Source of the DNA: Candidatus Methanophagaceae archaeon
GTDB taxonomy: Archaea > Halobacteriota > Syntropharchaeia > Alkanophagales > Methanospirareceae
Direction: 5' to 3'
Assembly (NCBI GenBank): GCA_003194425.1
Contig: PQXB01000001.1
Span: 220,444 to 252,443 of the forward strand
DNA: 32,000 bases
A program made the position numbers and the translations under genes. Numbering within the stretch: position 1 is the first letter of the stretch; every line of letters starts with the position of its first letter. A model generated the notes under the pieces. It searched no databases and was not told where the DNA came from. It was given only the letters and a program-made list of their open reading frames with translations. Positions 7,598 through 14,852 of the stretch are shown piece by piece.

Positions 7598-8019
7598 GCG
7601 GGGTGGTTCGAAAGAATGAGAATGGCGTTGCAGAGGTGGAAGTCGTGTCGGGCGGCAAAGCGGGCGGCAAAGCGGGCGACAAAAAAGGGTGCAACATTTT
7701 CGCAGTTTCGGAGTACCGTGCAGGAGCAGTAAAAGTGCTCCTAAGACCCGAGGAGGTGATTTTGTCTAAAAGAAGAAGTGGGGGAAAGGGAGAGAGCAGT
7801 GCAAGCAGTGCAAGCAGTGCAAGCAGCACGAGCAGTGCGAGGAATGCGGTTAAGGGGAAAATAGAAGAGCTAACCGATTTGGGTCCTTTGACGCGTGTTA
7901 GGACTGACGCCGGGCTTGTCGCTCTTGTTACGAAGCCGTCTCGTGAGAGTCTGGAGCTGCGAGAGGGGGACGAGGTTTTTGCGACTTTTAAAGCCACCTC
8001 GGTGCATTTGGTGCGGTGA
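7594..8019 (+). CDS. orphan TOBE-domain protein, apparently the C-terminal regulatory domain of a ModC/WtpC-type ABC ATPase with no ATPase domain
   Basis: LRPEEVILS...SARNAVKGKIEELTDLGPLTRVRTDAG...LVTKPSRESLELREGDEVFATFKATSVHL. The same frame upstream (7558-7593) reads EEIADFVGVENIL, the ATPase-TOBE linker. There is no in-frame ATG, only TTG or GTG. Confidence 0.5.
   Translation: MSGVVRKNENGVAEVEVVSGGKAGGKAGDKKGCNIFAVSEYRAGAVKVLLRPEEVILSKRRSGGKGESSASSASSASSTSSARNAVKGKIEELTDLGPLTRVRTDAGLVALVTKPSRESLELREGDEVFATFKATSVHLVR
7651..7680. repeat. 12-bp tandem repeat x2.5 (ggcggcaaagcg)
   Basis: Encodes GGKAGGKAGD. Confidence 0.85.
7795..7839. repeat. 9-bp tandem repeat x about 5 (agcagtgca)
   Basis: Encodes SSASSASSASSTSSA between the two TOBE halves. 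Confidence 0.85.
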
Positions 8020-8037
8020 GATAGGAGGGAATTGAAA

Positions 8038-8538
8038 ATGTTAGAGAAGGTGACCTACAAGCCAATCGGAATAATACACACGGGATTTCGGGACAAAAGA
8101 AATGCTCCAATTCAAGGCGTGTTTGCAAAAGACGCTAAGGGCGTGGTTGAGGTGTTCCCCGAATATGCAGAGGGGCTAAAAGACATCAAAGGCTTCTCAC
8201 ATCTTATCCTCCTTTACCATTTCCATCTCGCCGACGCCGACACCGAGAGCTACTCTTTAACCTCAAAGCCCTTTTTAGAAGACGAAGAGCACGGAATTTT
8301 CTCAATTCGGCATTTCAAGAGACCCAACCCAATCGGGCTGTCTGTGGTGCGGTTGGAGAGCGTGAGAGGGAATCGGCTGGAAATCCGCGAGGTTGACATC
8401 TTGGACGGGACACCACTCCTCGATCTAAAACCCTTTGTGCCGCGGTTTGACAACAGACTGGAAGCAAAGACCGGGTGGCTTGCGAATCCGAATTTGGACT
8501 GGGCTAAAGGTGAATCCGGAAAGCACAGAAGCGAGTAG
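8038..8538 (+). CDS. TsaA/YaeB (TrmO)-family SAM-dependent methyltransferase
   Basis: YKPIGIIHT...APIQGV...FSHLILLYHFH...RPNPIGLSVVRLESV...LEIREVDILDGTPLLDLKP. ATG at 8038 follows aggaggg. Confidence 0.75.
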   Translation: MLEKVTYKPIGIIHTGFRDKRNAPIQGVFAKDAKGVVEVFPEYAEGLKDIKGFSHLILLYHFHLADADTESYSLTSKPFLEDEEHGIFSIRHFKRPNPIGLSVVRLESVRGNRLEIREVDILDGTPLLDLKPFVPRFDNRLEAKTGWLANPNLDWAKGESGKHRSE

Positions 8539-8582
8539 GGCGTAGAACTAGTAGGGCGTAGAACTAGTAGAGCGTAGAACTT
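8535..8582. repeat. 16-bp tandem repeat x3 (gtagggcgtagaacta)
   Basis: Two perfect copies plus one variant, starting at the stop codon of the preceding gene. The unit length is not a multiple of 3. Confidence 0.9.
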
Positions 8583-8633
8583 ACGGGAGTAGAAACTTAA
8601 CAACAACAATTTTAAAAAAGTAAATGAAGATAA

Positions 8634-11087
8634 ATGTTTGATTACACGGTAGTTGTGGTTGGGGACGAGTCAGAAGCGTCTGAAGTAAGAGGGTTGGTGC
8701 GTTCTTTGGAGCGTTCTCCGCTGGGTGCGGGTCTCCGCACACTCAACACAAGGCTTGTGCCAGTCGCAGAGAGTGGCTGGAACGGTGCTGCAGGCAACGG
8801 GCTTGGGACGCTCTTCGCACTACAAAATGCGAGCAGGGCTGTTGGGAAGGACCTCGTGAAAGAGGTGAAGGCAGGAAAGAGCGTTCTTGTCGTGCACACC
8901 GCGGGCGAGGGCACCCGAAACCTGCTCACAAGAACCTGCAAGAACAAATCCTTTGTTCAGGTCCCGGGACTCTCACTGCTTGAGGGAGCGGTGAAGCAGT
9001 TTCAAGAGTTCGCAATTCCGTCCCGCATTTTGGTTTCTTGGGCAGACCAGTTCCTGCTGCTTGAGGACAGTCCAGAAGCGGTAAGGCAGTGCGCAGAGAA
9101 CGCACACCTCCTGCTCTTTGGATTGAAGTTGAAGGCTGGACTTACAGAGGAGGTGGCGAAAAAATACGGCGTTCAAATCGTCAGGTGCGCGGAAGGGGTG
9201 GAAGGTTGCGAACTTCTTGACTTCGACGACACGCGGGACTACAAAGCGGTGAAGAGGAAGTTGGAAAGGCAGCGGGAGAAGGGGGGTGAAGCGAGGGTGA
9301 ATTTGGGGATGTTTGCGATGAGTAGTCTCTTGGCAGAAAAAATGTTCGACGCGTTTAGCGAGAATCTCAAGGAGCGGAGGGGTAAGTTCAACTCAGACGC
9401 GTTGTGGCAACTCTGGGTCTCGCCCGCAGACCGCGAGGACCGCGAGGACGAGGACGGAGCAGACCAGTGGCTCAGAGGGCGGGCGGAGAGGCTAAAAAAA
9501 GATTTGGTTCGGGCAGAGCCGCAGCCGTCGGAGCCGTCACTCGCACTAGTAAGAAGTTTCCCGCTGAGCGAGAGGACGGCGTGGCTGGACTTCGGGACGA
9601 ACGCGGGTTTTTACGAGAATGTGATGCGGGTTTTGGCAGAGGACGAGGTCGGGAGGAGGCTGCGGGAGTTTTTAGGTTTACCCCTTGAAGTTTCCTCCTC
9701 GGGCTCGGTCTTCTGTGAGGCAGCGGAGTTTGAGAGCGGGCTGGTAAAGAGCAGCGTTGTCTCTAACTCGAGTGCGAAGCACGCAGAACTCGAGCAGGCG
9801 TGCGTGCTGAATTCACGGCTGAACCGAGTGCGGGGGAGGCGGTGCGTTCTTTACAATGTGGTTGACTTCGGCTCGGTCGAGGTCGAGGACTGCGTTTTAG
9901 TAGATGTTTTTCACCCGAGCAGAGGCAGGGTAAGGCTAAAAATGCGAATCGGCGAGGAGGCGGGTGCGAAGCAGGACTGGTGGGAGAAGCGACTTCCGGG
10001 CAACGATTTCTCGCTGCGCGAGGTTGCGGAAATGTTGAAGAGTGTTTCAGGGGAGGAACTGGAGAGGGCGAAGAGGAGATTTGAGGAGGTTGCGGGGGAA
10101 GTTGCGGGGGAGGTTGCGGAGGAGGTTGTAGAGAGACCGCTGAAGATTAAGCCGTTCGTTGAGGAGAAGCCTTGGGGCTACGAGCTCTGGTCTGCGTCGC
10201 CGAGGAATTGTTGCGAGGTTTTTGTAGAAGGGACGAGGCTGGAGTTCACGCTCGAGGAACTGTCTTCTTTGTTTCCAGCGAAGGTTTTGGGGGCAGGAGC
10301 AGGAGGAGCAGGAGGAGCAGGGGCAGGAGCAGGGGCAGGAGCAGTGGAAAGAGAGGAGAAGTTCCCGCTGATTGTGAAAATAATAAAGGCGGACGAGAAC
10401 CTCTCGGTTCAGGTGCACCCAGACGACGAGTACGCGAGGAGGCGGTTTGGCGACGCTTTTGGTAAAGACGAGGCGTGGCAGGTTCTTGAAGCGTCGGCGG
10501 GAGCGAAGATTTATCTCGGTTTTCGGGATTTCTTGAGCAAGGAGGAATTTAAAAAGGCGGTGAAAAGCAAGGATTTTATTTCGCGTTTGAACGCTTTTGA
10601 CGCGCAGGTTGGAGAGACTTATTACATTCCTGCGGGCGTCGTTCACGCGTTGGGCGCCGGGACAAAGGTGTACGAGGTAAGCACAGCATCTGAACGGACT
10701 TTCAGGATTTTTGACTACGGCAGGGGACGGGAACTGCATTTAGAGGACGCTGCGCGGGTTTTGAAGTTTGGTGTAGAAGAGAGAGGCGAGGGTTTGAAGA
10801 AGGCAGGGAAGGAGCGTTTGGTTCTGCGTAAGTTTAAGGTTCGTGGGTTTAAGGTTCGTGGGTTTAAGGTTCGTGGTGGCGAGGGAGAGGCGAAAGTTTT
10901 TTTAGAGGAGAGGAGGCTGCGAGTGCTTACTTGCGTGCGTGGTCGCGTTAGGCTAAAGACGAGTGGAGGGGCGGTGCTTTCTTTAACGCCCTTTGAGACA
11001 GTGTTACTGCCTGCGTGTCTTGGGGATTTTGAACTGCGTGGCGAGGGAGAGGGGGAGGAGGCGGAGGTGGTCTGTGCTAAATGGTGA
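8634..11087 (+). CDS. fusion protein: N-terminal sugar-1-phosphate nucleotidyltransferase-like region (fucokinase/FPGT-type, tentative) plus C-terminal class I mannose-6-phosphate isomerase
   Basis: C-terminus: EEKPWGYELW, LSVQVHPDDEYA...GKDEAWQVL, YYIPAGVVHALGAGTKVYEVSTASERTFRIFDYGR (ManA cupin motifs). N-terminus: VLVVHTAGEGTRN and SWADQFLL, recalling GDP-fucose pyrophosphorylase-type domains. Confidence 0.6.
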   Translation: MFDYTVVVVGDESEASEVRGLVRSLERSPLGAGLRTLNTRLVPVAESGWNGAAGNGLGTLFALQNASRAVGKDLVKEVKAGKSVLVVHTAGEGTRNLLTRTCKNKSFVQVPGLSLLEGAVKQFQEFAIPSRILVSWADQFLLLEDSPEAVRQCAENAHLLLFGLKLKAGLTEEVAKKYGVQIVRCAEGVEGCELLDFDDTRDYKAVKRKLERQREKGGEARVNLGMFAMSSLLAEKMFDAFSENLKERRGKFNSDALWQLWVSPADREDREDEDGADQWLRGRAERLKKDLVRAEPQPSEPSLALVRSFPLSERTAWLDFGTNAGFYENVMRVLAEDEVGRRLREFLGLPLEVSSSGSVFCEAAEFESGLVKSSVVSNSSAKHAELEQACVLNSRLNRVRGRRCVLYNVVDFGSVEVEDCVLVDVFHPSRGRVRLKMRIGEEAGAKQDWWEKRLPGNDFSLREVAEMLKSVSGEELERAKRRFEEVAGEVAGEVAEEVVERPLKIKPFVEEKPWGYELWSASPRNCCEVFVEGTRLEFTLEELSSLFPAKVLGAGAGGAGGAGAGAGAGAVEREEKFPLIVKIIKADENLSVQVHPDDEYARRRFGDAFGKDEAWQVLEASAGAKIYLGFRDFLSKEEFKKAVKSKDFISRLNAFDAQVGETYYIPAGVVHALGAGTKVYEVSTASERTFRIFDYGRGRELHLEDAARVLKFGVEERGEGLKKAGKERLVLRKFKVRGFKVRGFKVRGGEGEAKVFLEERRLRVLTCVRGRVRLKTSGGAVLSLTPFETVLLPACLGDFELRGEGEGEEAEVVCAKW
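10087..10130. repeat. 12-bp tandem repeat x3.5 (aggttgcggggg)
   Basis: Encodes EVAGEVAGEVAEEVV at the junction before the PMI domain. Confidence 0.85.
10292..10343. repeat. hexamer repeat (gcagga/gcaggg)
   Basis: Encodes GAGAGGAGGAGAGAGAGA inside the PMI domain. Confidence 0.85.
10833..10877. repeat. 15-bp tandem repeat x3 (tttaaggttcgtggg)
   Basis: 44 of 45 nt identical. Encodes FKVRGFKVRGFKVRG. Confidence 0.9.
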
Positions 11088-11110
11088 GTGAAGAAAAATT
11101 CACTTTAAAA

Positions 11111-11184
11111 TGCCGGGGGCGGGGTTCGGACCCGCGACTTCCAGATTATGAGTCTGGCGCCCTAACCAACTAGGCCACCCCGGC
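11111..11184 (-). tRNA. tRNA with anticodon CAU (elongator Met likely; Ile2 not excluded)
   Basis: Acceptor GCCGGGG/CCCCGGC, anticodon loop CTCATAA, T-arm GCGGGTCCGAACCCCGC (C at position 55). Confidence 0.75.
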
Positions 11185-12202
11185 AGGATTTTCTCTCTTC
11201 TCCTTCCTCCTCTCCTTCTTTCAACTCTCTACGGAGGTCGCCCAGAGTCGCAACCCGTTCTGCGACTGCGTCGTGCTGGTGAATGCTCTCCTCGTTCACC
11301 TGCTTCAGCGTAACAACCGAATCGTCGGGCAGTTGCTCAAAAGTCTCGACCACCCGCTTCGCCATCTCACGAACGCAGTCCTCGACGAACATCGGGCGTT
11401 TGTGCGCCGCCGCGACGACCTCCGCCTCGTCTGCCCGCTTCAGCAGTTCGTAAGTCTTCGCACTCATCGACGCCTCAATAATTTTTATAATCTCCTCAAG
11501 CGAGACTTTTACGCTGTCGTCCACCTCGATCGAGATTAGCCCCCGACCCCGTTGGTTGTGCGTCGCCACAGGCACGGCATTCAAAAAATCCAACAACTCC
11601 TCTCCCCCGACCCCCAGCTTCGCCAATTCCTCTGCCGCCCGCTCCCGCATCAGTTCCTGCGCACAGGGACAGGTCGTCATTCCCACAATCTCCGCCCCGA
11701 TTAGTTTCTTTATTCTGCATCCAGTTTTGCTTCCACTCCCGCTCTCGCCTGAAGTTGTAGGGGGCGTGGGGGGCGGCGTGCGAAAGGCTTTCGCTTCGGC
11801 GAAGATCGTTGCAGGCTCTTGGCACTGAATCTTTAGCGTCGGCGTCCGCCGCTTCAACATATAAACGCTCCTCATTCCAACCTCGGCGGTGGAAGCGTAG
11901 TCGTGGCGGAGGAGCAGCCGCTTCGCCACCTCGCTGCACAACTCCTCAACCTCGTAGGTCGGCTCGCTGACCGCCTCCTCCAGCACTTCGTACATCGCCT
12001 CGAAGTTCCTTGAAAAGTTCGCACCTTTTATCTCGCTCGGCAGGTCGACGAAGATGTAGAAGTCCGAGACGAGAATTACAGGTCGTTTCCCGCCCTCTCT
12101 CGCTACCTCCACCAACTTCTTCACATTCTCTACGCCTACCCTCGTCAGGTTTATTTTCACTTTCGGGCTGCTCGCTTGCACATCCGGCAGAGGTAACGAC
12201 AT
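11162..12202 (-). CDS. mptA: GTP cyclohydrolase MptA (FolE2/type IV family)
   Basis: [39 protein letters not shown] and VATHNQRG match the archaeal Fe(II) GTP cyclohydrolase. The last 23 nt overlap the tRNA. Confidence 0.72.
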   Translation of the reverse strand: MSLPLPDVQASSPKVKINLTRVGVENVKKLVEVAREGGKRPVILVSDFYIFVDLPSEIKGANFSRNFEAMYEVLEEAVSEPTYEVEELCSEVAKRLLLRHDYASTAEVGMRSVYMLKRRTPTLKIQCQEPATIFAEAKAFRTPPPTPPTTSGESGSGSKTGCRIKKLIGAEIVGMTTCPCAQELMRERAAEELAKLGVGGEELLDFLNAVPVATHNQRGRGLISIEVDDSVKVSLEEIIKIIEASMSAKTYELLKRADEAEVVAAAHKRPMFVEDCVREMAKRVVETFEQLPDDSVVTLKQVNEESIHQHDAVAERVATLGDLRRELKEGEEEGEERKSCRGGLVG

Positions 12203-12250
12203 TTTCGCTCTTTTTCTCCTCCTTCTTCTGTCTCTCTCTGTTTTTGTCTT

Positions 12251-12362
12251 TTACCTTATTTTCCCTTCCTTACCTTATTTTCCCCCTTATTTTCCCTTCC
12301 TTTTATTCTTTCTCCCTTTCCTTCTTTGTCTCGGCTCTTAAAATTGTCTCGGCTCTTAAAAA
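12251..12362. repeat. Pyrimidine-rich spacer with ttaccttattttccc repeats (12251-12300) and an 18-bp x2 repeat tgtctcggctcttaaaa(t/a) (12327-12362)
   Basis: Read directly from the sequence in the mptA/metV divergent intergenic region. Confidence 0.8.
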
Positions 12363-12417
12363 GAAGACGAGAAGAAGGAGAGAAAAAGACGAGAAAAACA
12401 GCAGTAAAAAATAGAAA

Positions 12418-12427
12418 AGTTTATATG
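12418..12427 (+). promoter_or_regulatory. TATA-like box (aagtttatat) upstream of metV
   Basis: AT-rich element about 60 nt upstream of ATG 12485. Confidence 0.3.
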
Positions 12428-12484
12428 TCTGCCTGTCTTCTAATCCAAATATTTAACAGAGGGAGAGAGAATAAATAAGGGAAA

Positions 12485-13237
12485 ATGATTGCGCAAGAGC
12501 AGAAGCCAATTGAGGAGATTTTAGGCTACCTCAAGGGCAAGCGAAAGGTGGCTGTGGTGGGCTGCGGGGGCTGTTCTACTTTCTACAGGACAGGGGACAA
12601 AGCAGCAGTGGAGAAGAGGGCTGAGGAACTGATGAGCAAAGGCAAGGAGGTCCTCAAAATCGTCCTGCCGTTCAGCATTCAAGCCTGCGAGATTGAGAAG
12701 AGTGGTGTGTGGCTGGAGAAGAACAGGAAGAAGCTTGAGGGTTACGACGCGGTCTTGGTCTTGAGTTGCGGTAGCGGGGTGCAAGTGGTGGCGGACTACA
12801 TTAACGAGAAGATGGGTTTTGCGGTGCCTGTAATTCCAGCGAACGACGCAATTGGGCTCGTCGGCGGCGGTCCGAGGAGTTTAAAGGAGACCTGTCAGTC
12901 CTGCGGAATGTGCGAGTTGGGGAAGACGGCGGGGATTTGTCCGCTGACTGAGTGTGGTAAAGGGCTGATGAATGGGCCTTGCGGTGGCGTGCGAGAGGGC
13001 GACAAGTGCGAGATTGACGAGAAGAAGGACTGTGCGTGGGTGAAGATTTACAAGCGGATGGAACAGCTAGGGGAACTCGATAAATTTGAGGAAATCCGAG
13101 ACCCGCACGAGTGGAGCAAGATGAAGCGACCGCGTTTGTTTGAGATTGAGAATCCTGTGGGAATAAGCGAAATGATGGGTGCGTTACCCGGAATGCTGTC
13201 CACGATGCTCGGTCCGAAGCCGAAGCTGGACGAGTGA
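12485..13237 (+). CDS. metV: MetV: methylene-tetrahydrofolate reductase C-terminal-domain-like Cys-rich protein
   Basis: VVGCGGCSTF, LSCGSGVQ, CQSCGMCELGKTAGICPLTECGKGLMNGPCGG...CEID..KDCAW. It lies immediately upstream of metF. Confidence 0.7.
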   Translation: MIAQEQKPIEEILGYLKGKRKVAVVGCGGCSTFYRTGDKAAVEKRAEELMSKGKEVLKIVLPFSIQACEIEKSGVWLEKNRKKLEGYDAVLVLSCGSGVQVVADYINEKMGFAVPVIPANDAIGLVGGGPRSLKETCQSCGMCELGKTAGICPLTECGKGLMNGPCGGVREGDKCEIDEKKDCAWVKIYKRMEQLGELDKFEEIRDPHEWSKMKRPRLFEIENPVGISEMMGALPGMLSTMLGPKPKLDE

Positions 13238-13300
13238 AGGAGAAGAGAGAGAAAGAGAAGAGAGAGAGAAGGAGAAGAGAGAGAGAAAGAGAAAGAGTGA
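13238..13300. repeat. Purine (GA) tract with internal repeats upstream of metF
   Basis: aggagaagagagagaaagagaagagagagagaaggagaagagagagagaaagagaaagag. Confidence 0.8.
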
Positions 13301-13309
13301 GGAGAAAAA

Positions 13310-14239
13310 ATGAAAAGAAGGAGTGACGAAATTTACAGCGACTTGATGAGGGAGTTAGAAGAGGGGAGGTATGTTTTCACGGGCGAGTTAGAGCCGGAGA
13401 AGGCGGGGGATGTGAACGAGCCGATTGAGATGGCACGCGAGTTGCTGGACTTGGTAGTAGCCTGCAACGTGACCGACAACCCGCAGAGTTTTGCTTACGT
13501 CAGCAGCCTTGCAGCGTCCTACCAAATCCAAAAGGAGACCGGAATGGAGTGCGTTTACCAACTGCGGTGCGCGGACAGGAACCGAATGGCTCTTCTTTCA
13601 GACGTGCTCGGTGCGGGCGTGCTGGGGATAAAAAATATTCTGGCGTTAGCGGGCGACCACGTCTCGCTCGGGGACACGCCAGACGCGAAGCCTGTCTTTG
13701 ACCTTGACTCGACGACGCTGATTAAACTGATAAGAACGGTCGTGAGCGAGGGGAAAGACTTGGCAGGGAACGAAATTCACAACCCCCCGAAACTGCACGT
13801 CGGTGGTGCAGCAGCACCCGGAGCGGCACACTTGAAGGCAGAGGTTGCGAAGGTGAAGCGTAAAATCAAAGCCGGCGTTGAGTACCTGCAGACCCAGGTT
13901 GTTTACTTCACCGACGTTCTGGACAGGTTTTTCAAGGAACTGGGACCTGTGGACGTTCCGATTTTGGTCGGGATTTTCCCTGCACGGACTTTCGGGCAGG
14001 CAGACTTCTTCGACAAGTTCGTCGCGGGCGTGGACGTTCCGCCGGACTACTTGGAAAATATGCGGGCGACGAAGCAGATTAAGGACAAGGAGAAGAGGAA
14101 GGAAGAGGTGGACAGAGTGAATGTGGAGTTCTTCACAGGGTTCCTTGAGCACTTGAAGGGAACACCGGCTGCGGGCTGTCATATGATGGCTGTCGGCTAC
14201 CCCCGAGTAATTCCCGCGCTTAAGAAAATTATGGAGTAG
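13310..14239 (+). CDS. metF: 5,10-methylene-tetrahydrofolate/H4MPT reductase, MetF family
   Basis: GELEPEKA, CNVTDNPQS, VYQLRCADRNRMAL, NILALAGDH, YLQTQVVY. Confidence 0.8.
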   Translation: MKRRSDEIYSDLMRELEEGRYVFTGELEPEKAGDVNEPIEMARELLDLVVACNVTDNPQSFAYVSSLAASYQIQKETGMECVYQLRCADRNRMALLSDVLGAGVLGIKNILALAGDHVSLGDTPDAKPVFDLDSTTLIKLIRTVVSEGKDLAGNEIHNPPKLHVGGAAAPGAAHLKAEVAKVKRKIKAGVEYLQTQVVYFTDVLDRFFKELGPVDVPILVGIFPARTFGQADFFDKFVAGVDVPPDYLENMRATKQIKDKEKRKEEVDRVNVEFFTGFLEHLKGTPAAGCHMMAVGYPRVIPALKKIME

Positions 14240-14261
14240 GCGTGTGTAAGGGAAGAGCAGC

Positions 14262-14332
14262 AGTGAAGAGAGAAGAGGGGGAGTGAAGAGAGAGGGGGAG
14301 TGAAGAGAGAGGGGGAGTGAAGAGAGAGGGGG
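14262..14332. repeat. 17-bp tandem repeat (agtgaagagagaggggg), 3 perfect copies plus 1 variant
   Basis: Read directly from the sequence, downstream of metF. The unit length is not a multiple of 3. Confidence 0.9.
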
Positions 14333-14337
14333 AGGAG

Positions 14338-14359
14338 GGGAGGATTTCCCTCCCTTTTT
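14338..14359 (+). terminator. Hairpin GGGAGG-atttc-CCTCCC followed by TTTTT
   Basis: 6-bp stem plus an oligo-T run between convergent metF and the PUA gene. Confidence 0.35.
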
Positions 14360-14852
14360 AATTCCCCACCGCGTGCCGCACCTTCACTGCCACCCCGTGC
14401 TCAAAAACTTTCATCTCCTCGCCCGACAAGACCGCTCGCCCAGTCGCGAGCAGAGCGTCCGCCTCGTCAACCAAAATAACCTCGTCGTAAGCCCGCACCG
14501 CCGGGTCGGCGTCAACCACGTGCTTGCAAAACGCAGTCCCGCCTGCCCTCACAAATTCGCTGCTCTCTTCGTTCACCACAACCCGCAGTCTCGGGTATTT
14601 GAAGGACCTCTGCAACCGCTCTGCTCCTTCCAACCCCAGAGTCAGCAGACCGTCAGAACTCCGCAGCGTCGCAATTCTCCTCTCACTACCTGCCTTTTTA
14701 TCTTTTATCTGCGATATTCTCCCGGTCTTTGAGAGCAGAAAAGCCACCCTACCGTTAAACAGAACCTCTCCTGCTCCCGCGCCGAACTGAAAGTCTGCAA
14801 TGATTTTCGCCTTCTTGAGCAGGTTATTTGCGTCCGTGCCCGCTTTCTCCAT
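14358..14852 (-). CDS. PUA-domain RNA-binding protein (archaeosine-TGT C-terminal-like)
   Basis: ADFQFGAGAG...SKTGRISQI...IATLRSSDGLLTL...FCKHVVDADPAVRAYDEVILVDE...LLATGRAVLSGEEM..FEHGVAVKVR. Confidence 0.6.
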   Translation of the reverse strand: MEKAGTDANNLLKKAKIIADFQFGAGAGEVLFNGRVAFLLSKTGRISQIKDKKAGSERRIATLRSSDGLLTLGLEGAERLQRSFKYPRLRVVVNEESSEFVRAGGTAFCKHVVDADPAVRAYDEVILVDEADALLATGRAVLSGEEMKVFEHGVAVKVRHAVGN

